From Bdellovibrionales bacterium (GTDB lineage Bacteria > Bdellovibrionota > Bdellovibrionia > Bdellovibrionales > UBA1609), in NCBI GenBank assembly GCA_965199935.1, contig CBDATD010000001.1, positions 701,984 to 765,983 of the forward strand: a stretch of 64,000 nucleotides of DNA, given 5' to 3'. Made by a program: the position numbers and the translations under genes. Shown here piece after piece: positions 27,836-39,410 of the stretch (positions are counted from its first letter, which is position 1; every line of letters starts with the position of its first letter). A model generated the notes under the pieces. It was not told the origin of the DNA, did no database searches, and was given only the letters and a program-made list of their open reading frames with translations.

Positions 27836-28264
27836 TTGGCAAAAAAAAGAACGATTTCAGCTCAAATAAAATTACAGATTCCGGCGGGAAAAGCCAATCC
27901 GGCTCCTCCTGTAGGGCCTGCTTTAGGTCAGCACGGTGTTAATATCATGGATTTTTGCAAGCAATTCAACGCCAGGACCGCCAAGATGGGGGACACTGTC
28001 GTCCCAGTTATTATTTCGGTTTATCAGGACCGTTCTTTTTCATTCATCCAAAAAACCCCGCCTGTTTCTGTTTTGTTGAAGAAAGCCTGCAATATTGCAA
28101 GCGGATCCAAGACCCCTCATAAGGAAAAAGTGGGGGTTTGCACTATGGAGCAAGTGAAAAAAATTGCGGAAACAAAAATGCCTGATTTGAATAGTTATAG
28201 TTTAGAAGGCGCTGTCTCTCAGGTCATTGGCACAGCACGCAGTATGGGTTTGGAAGTAAAGTAA
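27836..28264 (+). CDS. rplK: 50S ribosomal protein L11
   Basis: [30 protein letters not shown]; TTG start. Confidence 0.95.
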   Translation: MAKKRTISAQIKLQIPAGKANPAPPVGPALGQHGVNIMDFCKQFNARTAKMGDTVVPVIISVYQDRSFSFIQKTPPVSVLLKKACNIASGSKTPHKEKVGVCTMEQVKKIAETKMPDLNSYSLEGAVSQVIGTARSMGLEVK

Positions 28265-28283
28265 GAATTTTGAGGCTCAAAAT

Positions 28284-28985
28284 ATGAAGAAAAAATCGAA
28301 ACAATACCGTGCTTTTAAGTTTGAAAAAGACAAACTGTACCCTGTTGAATCAGCTCTTCGTCTTTTGGTTGAAAATAAAACAGCTCGATTTGATGAATCC
28401 ATTGATGCTGCGGTTTCTTTGGGTGTGGACACCCAGCAGTCTCATCAACAGGTTAGAGGGGCGGTTCTGCTTCCGCATGGATTGGCTAAACCCATTCGTG
28501 TTATCGTGTTTGCAAAAGGGGAGCAGGAGCAAAAAGCAAAAGAAGCCGGAGCCTTTGCTGTGGGCAGCGGCGATTTGGTTCAAAAGATTAAAGACGGCTG
28601 GCTTGATTTTGATCGGGTGATTGCGACTCCGGATCAAATGCCTATAGTTTCTAAAGCGGCGCCTTTGTTAGGCCCCAGAGGATTGATGCCAAATCCTAAG
28701 TTAGGCACAGTGACAACTGACGCGGCTAAAGCTGTAATCAATGAAAAAAAAGGGAAGGCTGTCTTTCGAGCAGGGCAGTCTGGGAAAATTGGTTTAGTCC
28801 ACAGCTCGATAGGCAGAAGGTCTCTCGGTGTTGAAAAATTAAAAGATAATTATCAGGCTTTTATAAGTGAATTAATAAGGGTCAAACCAGCTTCCAGCAA
28901 AGGTCTGTACTTAAGAAGAGTGTCTTTGTCTTCGACCATGGGGCCTTCATTGACCATAGACACCAACGAACCCCTGGCCAAATAG
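28284..28985 (+). CDS. rplA: 50S ribosomal protein L1
   Basis: 233 aa. FDESIDAAVSLGVD and GPRGLMPNPKLGTVT motifs. Confidence 0.95.
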   Translation: MKKKSKQYRAFKFEKDKLYPVESALRLLVENKTARFDESIDAAVSLGVDTQQSHQQVRGAVLLPHGLAKPIRVIVFAKGEQEQKAKEAGAFAVGSGDLVQKIKDGWLDFDRVIATPDQMPIVSKAAPLLGPRGLMPNPKLGTVTTDAAKAVINEKKGKAVFRAGQSGKIGLVHSSIGRRSLGVEKLKDNYQAFISELIRVKPASSKGLYLRRVSLSSTMGPSLTIDTNEPLAK

Positions 28986-28994
28986 GAAAAGATT

Positions 28995-29513
28995 GTGCTG
29001 ACAAAACAAACAAAATCTCAATATGTTTCTGAAATGTCCTCTTATTTTGAAAGAACTCAAGCGAGTTTTATGGTCCGTTTTCAAGGGTTGAGTGCGGCAC
29101 AGATGACAGATCTTAGAAACCAGCTAAGATCCAAAAAATCACAGCTCAAAGTGATGAGAAATACTCTTGTCCAGAGAGCTTTGGAAGGCGGCCCTCAGCA
29201 GGAAAAGTTTAGAGGATTTTTATCTGGCGCGAACGCTTTTGTGTTTGCTTTTGAAGATGTTTCGGGTACAGCTAAGGTGCTTGCTGATTTTGCAGAAGAC
29301 ACTGATTTGGAGTTAAAAGTTGGGAAGGTGGGGGAAAAATTTCTGTCAGAGAAGGAAATTGGACGCTTAGCCTCTCTGCCTTCTTTAGACAAACTGAGGG
29401 CTGAACTGCTCTCCGTCTTGTCGGCTCCAGCACAAAAACTTTTAAGAGTGTTTAATGAAGCGCCTTCATCTTTTTTGAGGGTTTTGCATTGTTCAACAAA
29501 AAATAAAAAATAG
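28995..29513 (+). CDS. rplJ: 50S ribosomal protein L10
   Basis: Position between rplA and rplL; 172 aa; GTG start; LRxxLR...LKVxRNTL pattern. Confidence 0.9.
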   Translation: MLTKQTKSQYVSEMSSYFERTQASFMVRFQGLSAAQMTDLRNQLRSKKSQLKVMRNTLVQRALEGGPQQEKFRGFLSGANAFVFAFEDVSGTAKVLADFAEDTDLELKVGKVGEKFLSEKEIGRLASLPSLDKLRAELLSVLSAPAQKLLRVFNEAPSSFLRVLHCSTKNKK

Positions 29514-29521
29514 GGGGAAGC

Positions 29522-29899
29522 ATGGAAATCAATAAAGAATCAGTCATCGAGTATTTGTCTAAACTGCCTGTCATAGAGATGGCAGAGTTGGTGAAAGAAT
29601 TGGAGGAAAAGTGGGGCGTCAGTGCGTCAGCTCCAGCAGCTGTTGCCGCTGTGGGGGCGTCTGCTCCTGCAGAAGCTGGAACAGAGCAAACAGAATTCAG
29701 TGTGACATTAGCAGGGGTTGGCAGTAATAAAATTGCGGTCATTAAAGAGATTCGGGCTGTGACTAGTTTGGGGTTGAAAGAAGCTAAAGATTTGGTGGAC
29801 GGCGCTCCTAAAGTCATTAAAGAAAGTGTCAGTAAAGAGGAAGCTCAAAAGCTTAAAGAGGCTCTGGAAAAAGCCGGTGCTAAAGTTGAAGTGAAATAA
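29522..29899 (+). CDS. rplL: 50S ribosomal protein L7/L12
   Basis: Ala-rich hinge followed by [26 protein letters not shown]. Confidence 0.95.
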   Translation: MEINKESVIEYLSKLPVIEMAELVKELEEKWGVSASAPAAVAAVGASAPAEAGTEQTEFSVTLAGVGSNKIAVIKEIRAVTSLGLKEAKDLVDGAPKVIKESVSKEEAQKLKEALEKAGAKVEVK

Positions 29900-29919
29900 T
29901 TTTAAAAGGGAGACCGACG

Positions 29920-32900
29920 ATGAGCATTGTTGCTTCCAGATTAAAGCTGAGGAAGTCTTTTGGGAAGATAAAGACGGATTTTCACATTCCTAATTTGATT
30001 GAACTTCAAAAAAAGTCCTACGAAAAGTTTTTGCAGAAGGATGTCGATCCTGCAAAAAGGAAGAACCAAGGGCTTCAATCCGTTTTTAATTCTGTATTTC
30101 CCATTGCAGACTACAAGCAGACCGTCAGTTTGGAGTTTGTGAAATATACTTTACAACACCCCAAGTACGATGTGGAAGAGTGCCGCCAGAGAAAAATGAC
30201 TTTTGCTTCTCCTTTAAGAACAACTCTTCGTTTGGTGGTTTTTGATGTGAAAGAAGGGGCTGAGGAGCGTGTGGTGCGGGATGTGAAAGAGCAGGAAGTT
30301 TACCTTGGGGAAGTGCCTTTAATGACAGAAAGCGGTTCTTTTATTATCAATGGAACAGAGCGTGTTATTGTTTCCCAGCTTCACCGCTCTCCTGGTGTGT
30401 TTTTTGATCATGATGGAGGTAAAGGCAGTACAAGCGGCAAACTGATTTATTCTGCGAGGGTTATTCCTTATCGAGGCTCCTGGCTGGATTTTGAATTTGA
30501 CAACAAAGACTTAATTTACGCCCGCATTGACCGCAGAAGAAAATTTCCCGCAACCATTATACTTAAAGCTTTAGGCTACAGTGTCGAAGAATTGCTTTCG
30601 GCTTTCTACAACGTTGATTGTGTGAATGTTCTTCGAAATGGAAAAATCTTTGTTCATTTAGATATGGACCGCATGATCGGACAAAGAATTTTGGCGGATA
30701 TTAAAGATAACAAAGGTAAAGTTTTAATTCGCGCCGGTCGAAGAGTGACTCGTGCGGCGGCCCGCCAGGTGAAGACAGCTCAAATTAAGAAGATGGAGCT
30801 TACTAAGGAAAATTTAAAAGGAGCTGTTTTGGCAAATCCTCTGATTGATTCTCAAACGGGGGAGATTTTATCTGATACAAATTCTGAGATGAACACAGCT
30901 CTTTTTGAAAAAGCTGTAAAAGCCGGCATTCGAAATTTTAATTTGATATTTTTTGACGGCCTCACGGTGGGGCCTTATCTTTGCAACACTCTTTTAGTGG
31001 ATAAAGTTTTCACGAGGGAAGAGGCTGTTCAAGAAATTTACAAGAGGATGAAGCCTGGTGAACCTCCTGCTTTGGAAATAGCTGAATCTTACTTTAAAAG
31101 TTTGTTTTTTGATCCTGAACAATATGATTTGGGAGAGGTGGGCCGTTTAAAGATCAACCATCGTTTCGATATTTCTTTTGAAAAAGCGCCATTATCGACC
31201 GGTACTTTACAGAAGGAGGATTTTATTCGTGTGGTGCGAACCCTTGTGGATTTGAAAAATGGCAGGGGGCAGGTGGATGATATTGATCACTTGGGCAATC
31301 GGCGTGTGCGGTCTGTAGGGGAGCTTTTGGAAAATCAGTACCGTATCGGTCTTGTTCGCATGGAAAGGGTGGTGAAAGACCGCATGAATCTGCAGGACAA
31401 AGAGACTGTCATGCCTCATGATTTGATCAATGCTAAATCGGTCAATTCAGTGGTTAAGGAATTTTTTGGATCCAGCCAGCTTTCTCAATTTATGGATCAA
31501 ACCAATCCTTTAGCGGAGATCACTCACAAAAGACGCCTCTCTGCTTTAGGTCCTGGGGGTTTGACAAGAGATCGAGCCGGCTTTGAAGTGCGTGACGTCC
31601 ATCCAACTCACTATGGACGCATCTGCCCTATTGAGACGCCGGAGGGCCCTAATATTGGATTGATCGCTTCACTGGCTACATTCGCGCGTATAGATGAGTA
31701 TGGATTTATTGAAACCCCTTACAACTCTGTTGTGAATCATAAAATTACGGAAGATATTCGCTATGTTTCCGCTTTGGAAGAACAAAAACACTGTATTGCT
31801 CAAGTAAGCCCTGTGTTTAATCAACTCTCTGTAGATCAGCTTATTATGGCCCGAGAAAAAGGAGAGTATAAAACTGTGCGAAAAGAAAGGGTGTCTATGA
31901 TGGACGTTTCGCCGGGGCAGTTGGTTTCTGTGGCTTCGTCGTTGATTCCTTTTTTAGAGCATGACGACGCCAACCGCGCTCTTATGGGCTCCAATATGCA
32001 GAGGCAGGCGGTGCCGCTGTTGAAAGCTAAAGCTCCTCTTGTGGGGACGGGAGTGGAGTATTTAGTAGCGAGAGATTCAGGGACTTCAGTAGTCTGCAAA
32101 AATGATGGTGTTGTGGAAGCTGTAGATGCCGGTCAAATTGTGATTCGAAGATTGGTGAAGGAGGGAAAACTTGGAGCCTCTGTAGATATTTATAATTTGA
32201 CTAAATATCAGAGGACTAATCAAAACACCTGCTTTAATCAAAGACCTATTATTCAACAAGGAGATCGGGTTTCTAAAGGGGACGTCATTGCAGACGGCCC
32301 TTCGACCGATCAGGGTGAATTGGCTTTAGGCCAAAACATCGTTGTCGCCTTTACTCCGTTTGAGGGGTATAATTTTGAGGATTCTATTTTAATATCGGAA
32401 AGGCTTATCCGCGAGGATGTTTACACTTCTATTCATATTGAAGAATTTGAGTGTGTGGCGAGAGACACCAAATTAGGAAAAGAGGAAATCACTCCAGACA
32501 TTGCAAATGTAGGAGAAGAGGCTTTGCGCAATCTAGACACATCAGGGATTATTCAAGTGGGATCCAGAGTGAAGCCAGGAGATATTTTGGTTGGTAAAAT
32601 CACCCCAAAAGGGGAAAGTCAAGTTTCTCCGGAGAAAAAACTTCTGCTGGCTATCTTTGGAGAAAAAGCAGGCGAAGTGAGGGATACGTCACTGAGAGCT
32701 CCTTCTGGGGTGACAGGGACAGTTATTGACACCCAAGTTTATAGTAGAGAAGGCGTTGAGCAGGATGAAAGACTCAAAAGCATTATTGAGGAAAAAAAGC
32801 AGAAGCTGAAAAAAGATTTTGAGCTGGAAAAAAATGTGATCCGAAACGATGCTCTGGATAAAATTAGGGAAGTTCTTATCGGACAAAAAACAAAAGATAT

Positions 32901-34053
32901 CTTTTTAAATGATGATGCTTCAGAAGAGCTGTTGAAAAAAGGCCAGAAAATCACAGAAGAAGACTTAGAAAAAATTCCTTTTGAGCTGTTGGGGAATATT
33001 CCTTTGGCCAATGATTCTGTCAGCGATCAACTCAATCAAATTACAGATTCAGCCCGTCATCAGCTGTCCGCTGTTGAATTGATTTACAAAGACAAAGTAG
33101 ATTGTCTTTCTAAAGGCGATGATATGCCTCCTGGTGTTGTTAAAATGATTAAAGTTTACGTGGCTGTGAAGAGAAAATTGCAGGTTGGAGATAAGTTTGC
33201 AGGCCGCCATGGAAATAAAGGGGTTATTTCAAAGATTCTGCCGACAGAAGATATGCCCTATTTGGCAGACGGCACTCCAGTTGATATGGTTTTAAACCCC
33301 TTGGGGGTTCCTTCCAGAATGAACATCGGCCAAATTTTAGAAACTCATTTAGGCTGGGCGGCCTACAGTTTAGGTGTACAGTTGAAAAAGTATTTAGATT
33401 GTTTTAATGAGGAGAGTGCAAAAAAAGATCTAAAAAATATTTTTTCAGAAGATGAAAAACTGGTGAAGCAATTAGAAGTTTTAAAGGAATCTGAGATGAA
33501 GGATGTGGTTTCTTATTTAAGCGGAGGGATTCATGTCGCGACTCCAGTTTTCGATGGCGCTAAAGAGGATGAGGTGAAAAAACTTCTGACAAAAGCCAAA
33601 CTTCCTGTTTCCGGGCAGACAGTTTTATTTCATGGAGGCACGGGAGAGCCTTTTTGTATGCCTGTGACTGTAGGTGTGATGTATATGCTCAAACTTCATC
33701 ATTTGGTGGAAGAAAAGATTCACGCCCGGTCCACAGGCCCTTATTCTTTAGTTTCTCAACAGCCTCTAGGAGGCAAAGCTCAGTTCGGAGGACAGCGTTT
33801 GGGAGAGATGGAAGTCTGGGCTGTCGAAGCTTACGGAGCCGCTTACTGTCTGCAGGAGTTTTTAACTGTGAAGTCTGACGATGTGGCAGGCCGAACGCGT
33901 ATGTATGAAAGCATCATTAAAGGTGAAAATGTATTGGAGCCTGGCATCCCTGAAGCCTTTAATGTGCTGGTGAAAGAACTGCAAAGTTTAGCTTTAGATG
34001 TCGAGCTGGTGGAATCTGATTTATTAACTGAGAAACCTAAAAAAATTATTTAG
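29920..34053 (+). CDS. rpoB: DNA-directed RNA polymerase beta subunit
   Basis: 1377 aa; [26 protein letters not shown]. Confidence 0.98.
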   Translation: MSIVASRLKLRKSFGKIKTDFHIPNLIELQKKSYEKFLQKDVDPAKRKNQGLQSVFNSVFPIADYKQTVSLEFVKYTLQHPKYDVEECRQRKMTFASPLRTTLRLVVFDVKEGAEERVVRDVKEQEVYLGEVPLMTESGSFIINGTERVIVSQLHRSPGVFFDHDGGKGSTSGKLIYSARVIPYRGSWLDFEFDNKDLIYARIDRRRKFPATIILKALGYSVEELLSAFYNVDCVNVLRNGKIFVHLDMDRMIGQRILADIKDNKGKVLIRAGRRVTRAAARQVKTAQIKKMELTKENLKGAVLANPLIDSQTGEILSDTNSEMNTALFEKAVKAGIRNFNLIFFDGLTVGPYLCNTLLVDKVFTREEAVQEIYKRMKPGEPPALEIAESYFKSLFFDPEQYDLGEVGRLKINHRFDISFEKAPLSTGTLQKEDFIRVVRTLVDLKNGRGQVDDIDHLGNRRVRSVGELLENQYRIGLVRMERVVKDRMNLQDKETVMPHDLINAKSVNSVVKEFFGSSQLSQFMDQTNPLAEITHKRRLSALGPGGLTRDRAGFEVRDVHPTHYGRICPIETPEGPNIGLIASLATFARIDEYGFIETPYNSVVNHKITEDIRYVSALEEQKHCIAQVSPVFNQLSVDQLIMAREKGEYKTVRKERVSMMDVSPGQLVSVASSLIPFLEHDDANRALMGSNMQRQAVPLLKAKAPLVGTGVEYLVARDSGTSVVCKNDGVVEAVDAGQIVIRRLVKEGKLGASVDIYNLTKYQRTNQNTCFNQRPIIQQGDRVSKGDVIADGPSTDQGELALGQNIVVAFTPFEGYNFEDSILISERLIREDVYTSIHIEEFECVARDTKLGKEEITPDIANVGEEALRNLDTSGIIQVGSRVKPGDILVGKITPKGESQVSPEKKLLLAIFGEKAGEVRDTSLRAPSGVTGTVIDTQVYSREGVEQDERLKSIIEEKKQKLKKDFELEKNVIRNDALDKIREVLIGQKTKDIFLNDDASEELLKKGQKITEEDLEKIPFELLGNIPLANDSVSDQLNQITDSARHQLSAVELIYKDKVDCLSKGDDMPPGVVKMIKVYVAVKRKLQVGDKFAGRHGNKGVISKILPTEDMPYLADGTPVDMVLNPLGVPSRMNIGQILETHLGWAAYSLGVQLKKYLDCFNEESAKKDLKNIFSEDEKLVKQLEVLKESEMKDVVSYLSGGIHVATPVFDGAKEDEVKKLLTKAKLPVSGQTVLFHGGTGEPFCMPVTVGVMYMLKLHHLVEEKIHARSTGPYSLVSQQPLGGKAQFGGQRLGEMEVWAVEAYGAAYCLQEFLTVKSDDVAGRTRMYESIIKGENVLEPGIPEAFNVLVKELQSLALDVELVESDLLTEKPKKII

Positions 34054-34066
34054 AAGGGCAAGAGTT

Positions 34067-37000
34067 ATGAGAGATTTATTAAATTTTTTTGATAAGCCAA
34101 AAGACCCCCTTACGTACAGTCATGTGCGTATTTCTTTGTCTTCTCCAGACATTATTCGCAAGTGGAGTTTTGGAGAAGTTCGCAAGCCGGAAACCATTAA
34201 CTATCGTACTTTCAAGCCGGAAAAAGACGGCCTCTTTTGTGCGAAAATTTTTGGACCTACAAAAGATTATGAATGTTTGTGCGGCAAATACAAGGGGATG
34301 AAATACAGAGGTGTGGTTTGTGAAAAATGCGGCGTTGAAATTGTTAAATCAAAAGTCAGAAGAGAAAAAATGGGGCATATTGAACTGACAACGCCTGTGG
34401 CTCACATTTGGTTTCTAAAATCTCTGCCCAGCCGCATCGCCATGCTTTTAGATATGTCTTTAAAAGACGTGGAGCGTGTTCTTTACTGTGAATGCTATAT
34501 CGTTATGGATCCTTTAGACACTCCTCTGAAAAAAGGGGATCTTCTAACGGAGGAGGCTTATCTTCAGGCCCAAGAGGAGCACGGCCCCCATTTTAAAGTT
34601 TCTACCGGAGGAGAGGCTGTTCGGGATATGTTAAAAGGTTTGGATTTGGACTATGTGTCCCGCAAATTAAGAAAAGAACTTAAAGAAGCTACTTCAGACA
34701 ATCAGCAAAAGAAAATCATCAAGAGATTAAAAGTGATAGAGACATTTTTAAATTCAAAAAACCGCCCAGAGTGGATGATGCTTGAAGCTCTGCCTGTTAT
34801 ACCTCCAGATCTTCGTCCATTGGTTCCCTTAGACGGCGGACGCTTTGCCACTTCTGACTTAAATGATCTTTACCGTCGTGTGATTAACCGAAACAACCGC
34901 CTCAAGAGATTGCAGGAACTCAATGCCCCAGATGTTATTATTCGAAATGAGAAGCGTATGCTTCAAGAAGCTGTGGATGCTTTGTTGGATAATGGACGGG
35001 GAGGTAAAACTTTTACCAGCCCCAACAAAAGACCTCTTCGCTCTTTAAGTGATATGCTTAAAGGAAAGCAGGGAAGGTTCAGGCAAAATCTTCTTGGGAA
35101 AAGGGTGGATTATTCCGGCCGCTCTGTGATTGTTGTAGGTCCTAGATTAAAACTGCACCAATGCGGTCTTCCGAAAAAAATGGCATTGGAGTTGTTCAAG
35201 CCTTTTATTTATCACAAATTGGAGCAAAAAGGGCTGGCCGTTACTATCAAGCAGGCCAAAAAGCTGGTGGATCAGGAAAGTGTAGAAGTTTGGGATATCC
35301 TATCTGAAGTTGTGAAGGAACATCCCGTGCTTTTGAACCGCGCGCCCACTTTGCACCGTTTGGGCATTCAAGCTTTTGAACCTGTCTTACACGAAGGCAA
35401 GGCTATACAGCTTCATCCTCTGGTGTGTACAGCTTTCAATGCTGACTTTGACGGGGATCAAATGGCTGTTCATGTACCGCTTTCTATGGAAGCTCAAGTG
35501 GAGGCTCGTGTTCTCATTATGTCCACTAATAATATTCTCAGTCCTGCGAACGGACGGCCGGTGATTAATCCTTCTCAGGATATTGTGCTTGGAATTTATT
35601 GGATGACCCGCATCCGGCCTGGAGCGAAAGGATCGGGGCAGGTTTTTGCAAGTGTACAAGATGTTATTTATGCCTATGATACAGGAGAGGTGGATTTACA
35701 GGCGGCTGTAGAATGCCGTGTACAGGGAGAAAGAGTGAAGACGTCTGTGGGAAGGGTTCTTTTAAACGATATTGTGCCGGAGGCCGTTCCATTTGAAAAA
35801 TATAATAAAGTTATGAATAAAAAAGCTTTAGCGGAGCTTATTGACAGCACTTTCCGCGCTTCCGGAGGCAAGTTAACGGCAATCCTTGCAGATCGGCTGA
35901 TGGGCCACGGTTTTAAATTTTCCACTATTGGAGGAATTTCGATTTGTTTGGATGATTTAAAAATCCCTGAGTCGAAACGCAAATTGTTGGATATTGCAAG
36001 AAAACAAGTCAATGAAATCCGTACTCAATATGATGAGGGGTTGATCACGGAAGGAGAGAGGTACAATAAGGTTGTCGATATTTGGGCTCAGTGCGGCGAC
36101 CAGGTGGCTAAAGAAATGATGAAAAATTTGGAAAAAGAGTTTTTCAATGTCGGCGGTAAAAAAGTGGAGGGAGATAGTTTTAACCCCATCTTTATCATGG
36201 CGGACTCTGGGGCAAGAGGTTCAGCGGCTCAAATCCGCCAGCTGGCTGGAATGAGAGGTTTAATGGCTAAACCTTCTGGTGAAATTATTGATACTCCAAT
36301 CATAGCTAATTTTAGAGAGGGGTTAACTGTTCTTCAATACTTTATTTCTACTCATGGAGCCCGCAAAGGATTGGCGGATATGGCGCTGAAAACAGCAAAT
36401 TCCGGATACCTTACTCGGCGTTTAGTCGATGTGGTTCATGATGTTGTTATTTCTGAAAGAGATTGCGGCAGTGTGGAATGCATCACTGTCACTTCTTTGC
36501 AGGAAGGAGGCGGTGTCATTCAAGATATAGGAGAGAGAATTTTAGGACGCACAGCTTTTGGAGATATTGTGAACCCGGACTCTTCGGAGGTGATCTGTGC
36601 CGGCGGGCGGGAAATTGACGAGGCGGTAGTTGAGCAGGTAGAGAAGTTGGGAATTGAGTCTGTCAAGCTGCGTTCGACCCTTACTTGTAAATCCAAATGG
36701 GGTGTTTGCGTGAAATGCTATGGAAGGGATTTGTCGCGGGGCCAGACAGTCAATCTTTCTGAGCCTGTGGGTGTAATCGCCGCTCAATCTATTGGAGAAC
36801 CGGGAACTCAGCTCACTATGAGAACTTTCCATTTAGGGGGGACGGCTTCTAGATCTGTTGAGCAGTCTGTACACACAGCCGCTAAAGAAGGAAAGGTGAA
36901 ACTGCAAAACACTCACATAGTTGTCAATAAAGAAGGAAAGCGTGTTGTGATGAATCGGCAGGGGTGTATTGTTTTATTAGACAGCCATGGTCGGGAAAGA

Positions 37001-38197
37001 GAAAAATTCAAATTGGTTTATGGAGCTTGTTTAAGTGTTAAAGAGGGATCTATGGTTAAAAAAGGAGATGTATTGGCGGAGTGGGATCCTTACTCTAATA
37101 CTATTTTAGCGGATGTGTCCGGCGCCATTCAATTTAAAGACATTGAAGAGGGTGTTTCCATGAGTGAACAGGTGGATGCTGTTACGGGGTTTTCCACTAA
37201 AGTTATTATTGCTTCAAAGTCTTCAAGCCAAAAGCCTACTGTTGCGATTGTGGATGATAAGGGAAAGGAAATAATTTTTACTGAAAGAGGCACTCCTGTG
37301 AAATATACAATTCCTGTGGGCGCTCAGTTGTTGGTGTCTCATGGGGATAAAATTGTCGCTGGAGATATTTTAGCAAAAATGCATAGAAAGTCTGCTCAAA
37401 CCCGCGATATTACGGGTGGTTTGCCTCGTGTGGCCGAACTTTTTGAGGCCAGAGTTCCCAAAGAGGCGGCTATTATTTCTGAGATAGAGGGTTATGTGAG
37501 TTTTGGCCGTGATTTAAAAGGCAAACAAAGGGTTATTATTACTTCTAAAGAGGGGGAACAGCAGGAATATCTGATCCCTAAAGGAAAGCATGTGGCTGTT
37601 CGCGAAGGGGAATTTATTGGAGTGGGAGAAACTATTATGGACGGCCCCAGCGATCCTCATGATATTTTGAAGGTTTCCGGAGAACTGGCTTTAGCTTCTT
37701 ATTTGGTAAACGAGGTGCAGGAGGTGTATCGTCTTCAAGGTGTCTCTTTGAATGATAAGCATATTGAATTGATTGTTCGTCAAATGATGAGGAAGGTGGA
37801 AATTGTGTCCGCTGGAGACACTCGCTTTCTGCCGAGCGAGCATTTGGATAAATTTGAAGTGATGGAGGTCAATGAGAAAACAGTTAAAGAAGGAGGGTCG
37901 CCAGCTCAATACCGGCCGCTTCTTTTAGGAATTACTAAGATGTCTTTAAATACGGACAGTTGGATTTCAGCGGCTTCGTTCCAAGAAACAACAAGGGTCT
38001 TAACCACAGCGGCGACGCAGTCTAGGATTGACTATCTACACGGCCTCAAAGAGAATATTGTAATGGGCCGGTTGATCCCTGCAGGAACGGGAATGTCCTG
38101 TTATAGAGATTTAAAACCTCAATTTGCTGAGGAAGAAGAGGAGGCGGTTTTGCTTCCAAACAGCGTTTCTGATCCATCGGCAGTGCGGGTTCAATAA
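34067..38197 (+). CDS. rpoC: DNA-directed RNA polymerase beta' subunit
   Basis: 1376 aa; Zn-finger CLCGKYKG...CEKCGVE and catalytic [12 protein letters not shown]. Confidence 0.98.
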   Translation: MRDLLNFFDKPKDPLTYSHVRISLSSPDIIRKWSFGEVRKPETINYRTFKPEKDGLFCAKIFGPTKDYECLCGKYKGMKYRGVVCEKCGVEIVKSKVRREKMGHIELTTPVAHIWFLKSLPSRIAMLLDMSLKDVERVLYCECYIVMDPLDTPLKKGDLLTEEAYLQAQEEHGPHFKVSTGGEAVRDMLKGLDLDYVSRKLRKELKEATSDNQQKKIIKRLKVIETFLNSKNRPEWMMLEALPVIPPDLRPLVPLDGGRFATSDLNDLYRRVINRNNRLKRLQELNAPDVIIRNEKRMLQEAVDALLDNGRGGKTFTSPNKRPLRSLSDMLKGKQGRFRQNLLGKRVDYSGRSVIVVGPRLKLHQCGLPKKMALELFKPFIYHKLEQKGLAVTIKQAKKLVDQESVEVWDILSEVVKEHPVLLNRAPTLHRLGIQAFEPVLHEGKAIQLHPLVCTAFNADFDGDQMAVHVPLSMEAQVEARVLIMSTNNILSPANGRPVINPSQDIVLGIYWMTRIRPGAKGSGQVFASVQDVIYAYDTGEVDLQAAVECRVQGERVKTSVGRVLLNDIVPEAVPFEKYNKVMNKKALAELIDSTFRASGGKLTAILADRLMGHGFKFSTIGGISICLDDLKIPESKRKLLDIARKQVNEIRTQYDEGLITEGERYNKVVDIWAQCGDQVAKEMMKNLEKEFFNVGGKKVEGDSFNPIFIMADSGARGSAAQIRQLAGMRGLMAKPSGEIIDTPIIANFREGLTVLQYFISTHGARKGLADMALKTANSGYLTRRLVDVVHDVVISERDCGSVECITVTSLQEGGGVIQDIGERILGRTAFGDIVNPDSSEVICAGGREIDEAVVEQVEKLGIESVKLRSTLTCKSKWGVCVKCYGRDLSRGQTVNLSEPVGVIAAQSIGEPGTQLTMRTFHLGGTASRSVEQSVHTAAKEGKVKLQNTHIVVNKEGKRVVMNRQGCIVLLDSHGREREKFKLVYGACLSVKEGSMVKKGDVLAEWDPYSNTILADVSGAIQFKDIEEGVSMSEQVDAVTGFSTKVIIASKSSSQKPTVAIVDDKGKEIIFTERGTPVKYTIPVGAQLLVSHGDKIVAGDILAKMHRKSAQTRDITGGLPRVAELFEARVPKEAAIISEIEGYVSFGRDLKGKQRVIITSKEGEQQEYLIPKGKHVAVREGEFIGVGETIMDGPSDPHDILKVSGELALASYLVNEVQEVYRLQGVSLNDKHIELIVRQMMRKVEIVSAGDTRFLPSEHLDKFEVMEVNEKTVKEGGSPAQYRPLLLGITKMSLNTDSWISAASFQETTRVLTTAATQSRIDYLHGLKENIVMGRLIPAGTGMSCYRDLKPQFAEEEEEAVLLPNSVSDPSAVRVQ

Positions 38198-38239
38198 CTT
38201 ATTGACTCCTAAGAGGGGTAGGAGCATATTGGCCTCGCT

Positions 38240-38614
38240 ATGCCAACGTTAAACCAGCTGATTAAAACCAAAAGAACGGCTCCTAAAGTCAGGACGAAGT
38301 CTCCTGCTTTGACAAGATGTCCTCAAAAAAGAGGAGTTTGCACTCGTGTTTTTACAGTGACTCCAAAAAAACCTAATTCTGCTTTAAGAAAAGTGGCCAG
38401 AGTGCGTTTGTCTAATGGCTTTGAAGTGAACTCTTATATTCCAGGCATTGGACACAATTTACAGGAGCATAGTGTGGTTTTGGTTCGGGGCGGGCGTGTG
38501 AAAGATCTGCCGGGAGTGAAGTATCATATTATAAGAGGGGCTTTAGACGGCCAGGGTGTGGAAAACAGAAAAAGAGGACGCTCTAAATACGGAAGCAAGA
38601 GACCAAAAAAGTGA
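38240..38614 (+). CDS. rpsL: 30S ribosomal protein S12
   Basis: PTLNQLIK...[20 protein letters not shown]. Confidence 0.97.
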   Translation: MPTLNQLIKTKRTAPKVRTKSPALTRCPQKRGVCTRVFTVTPKKPNSALRKVARVRLSNGFEVNSYIPGIGHNLQEHSVVLVRGGRVKDLPGVKYHIIRGALDGQGVENRKRGRSKYGSKRPKK

Positions 38615-38617
38615 TGC

Positions 38618-38773
38618 TGTTGTTGTCGAGTCGATGGTTGGTATGAGAGAAGGGTGCGGTAAGAGCTAACTTGGGATAGGTGAAATAATGTCTGGGAATG
38701 TTGTTGTCGAGTCGATGGTTGGTATGAGAGAAGGATGCGGTAAGAGCTAGCTTGGGATAGGTGAAATAATGTC
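38618..38773 (+). repeat. tandem direct repeat (two 75-bp units, 81-bp period) covering the rpsL-rpsG spacer, rpsG RBS and start codon
   Basis: Unit 1 (38618-38692) and unit 2 (38699-38773) differ at 2 positions. Both end in GGTGAAATAATGTC. Confidence 0.9.
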
Positions 38774-39242
38774 GAGGAGAAATAGAAAGATTGATCGAAG
38801 GGAGCCGGCGGAGGATCCAAAGTATGGTGATCCTGTTTTGGGGCATTTTATTAACAAGCTTATGTGGGACGGCAAGAAGGAATTGGCTAGGAAGATTCTT
38901 TATTCTGCATTTGATGAGATTGGAAAAAAGGCTTCTCAGGATGCTCTTTCTGTTTTTAAAAAAGCTTTGGAAAATTGCAAGCCTTCTTTAGAGGTGCGTT
39001 CCAGAAGGGTGGGGGGCGCTACCTATCAGGTGCCGGTGGATGTGCGTCCTGTTCGGCGCGCCACTTTGGCTATGAGATGGATTATTTTGCACTCTAGATC
39101 TAGGAAAGAAAAAACTATGTCCAGCCGGCTGGCGGAAGAATTACTGGACGCTTATAATAATAAGGGGCAGTCCATTAAGAAGAAAGAGGATGTGCATCGC
39201 ATGGCAGAGGCCAATCGGGCTTTTTCTCATTACAACTGGTAA
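38769..39242 (+). CDS. rpsG: 30S ribosomal protein S7
   Basis: 157 aa; [22 protein letters not shown]. Confidence 0.97.
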   Translation: MSRRNRKIDRREPAEDPKYGDPVLGHFINKLMWDGKKELARKILYSAFDEIGKKASQDALSVFKKALENCKPSLEVRSRRVGGATYQVPVDVRPVRRATLAMRWIILHSRSRKEKTMSSRLAEELLDAYNNKGQSIKKKEDVHRMAEANRAFSHYNW

Positions 39243-39294
39243 TCTGTCTTTCAACACAAGTCGTTCGTTCAATTCAAATCATGCCCTGACAAAA

Positions 39295-39326
39295 AAGAAG
39301 AGGACTTACAGCCCCCTTCTTTTTTA
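39295..39326. terminator. probable bidirectional rho-independent terminator between rpsG and tRNA-Arg
   Basis: AAGAAGAGG...CCCTTCTT stem with one bulge. Flanked by an A-run upstream and a T-run downstream, so it reads as a terminator on both strands. Confidence 0.5.
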
Positions 39327-39329
39327 TTA

Positions 39330-39403
39330 TGATGGCGGCAGGATTCGAACCTGCGGCCTACGGCTTAGAAGGCCGTTGCTCTATCCAACTGAGCTACGCC
39401 ACC
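39330..39403 (-). tRNA. tRNA-Arg (anticodon TCT)
   Basis: Reverse complement: GGTGGCGTAGCTCAGTTGGATAGAGCAACGGCCTTCTAAGCCGTAGGCCGCAGGTTCGAATCCTGCCGCCATCA. Confidence 0.9.
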
Positions 39404-39410
39404 ATTAAAA

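Noticed and set aside
29452-29817. 121-aa antisense ORF over rplL. There are many similar 60-110-aa ORFs antisense to or out of frame with rpoB, rpoC, tuf, fadE, the nuo genes and others.
   Set aside because: These are shadow ORFs inside strongly supported conserved genes. They are Ala/Ser/Pro-rich or low-complexity translations with no start context.
38651-38665. GGGTGCGGTAAGAGC in both rpsL-rpsG repeat units matches, as far as I remember, the P13 hairpin segment of E. coli RNase P RNA. The compact rnpB in this window seems to lack that region.
   Set aside because: There is no complementary 3' strand (CGCACC) to form the hairpin, the match relies on my memory of M1 RNA, and a trans-acting split RNase P is not supported by anything else. 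Most likely coincidence.
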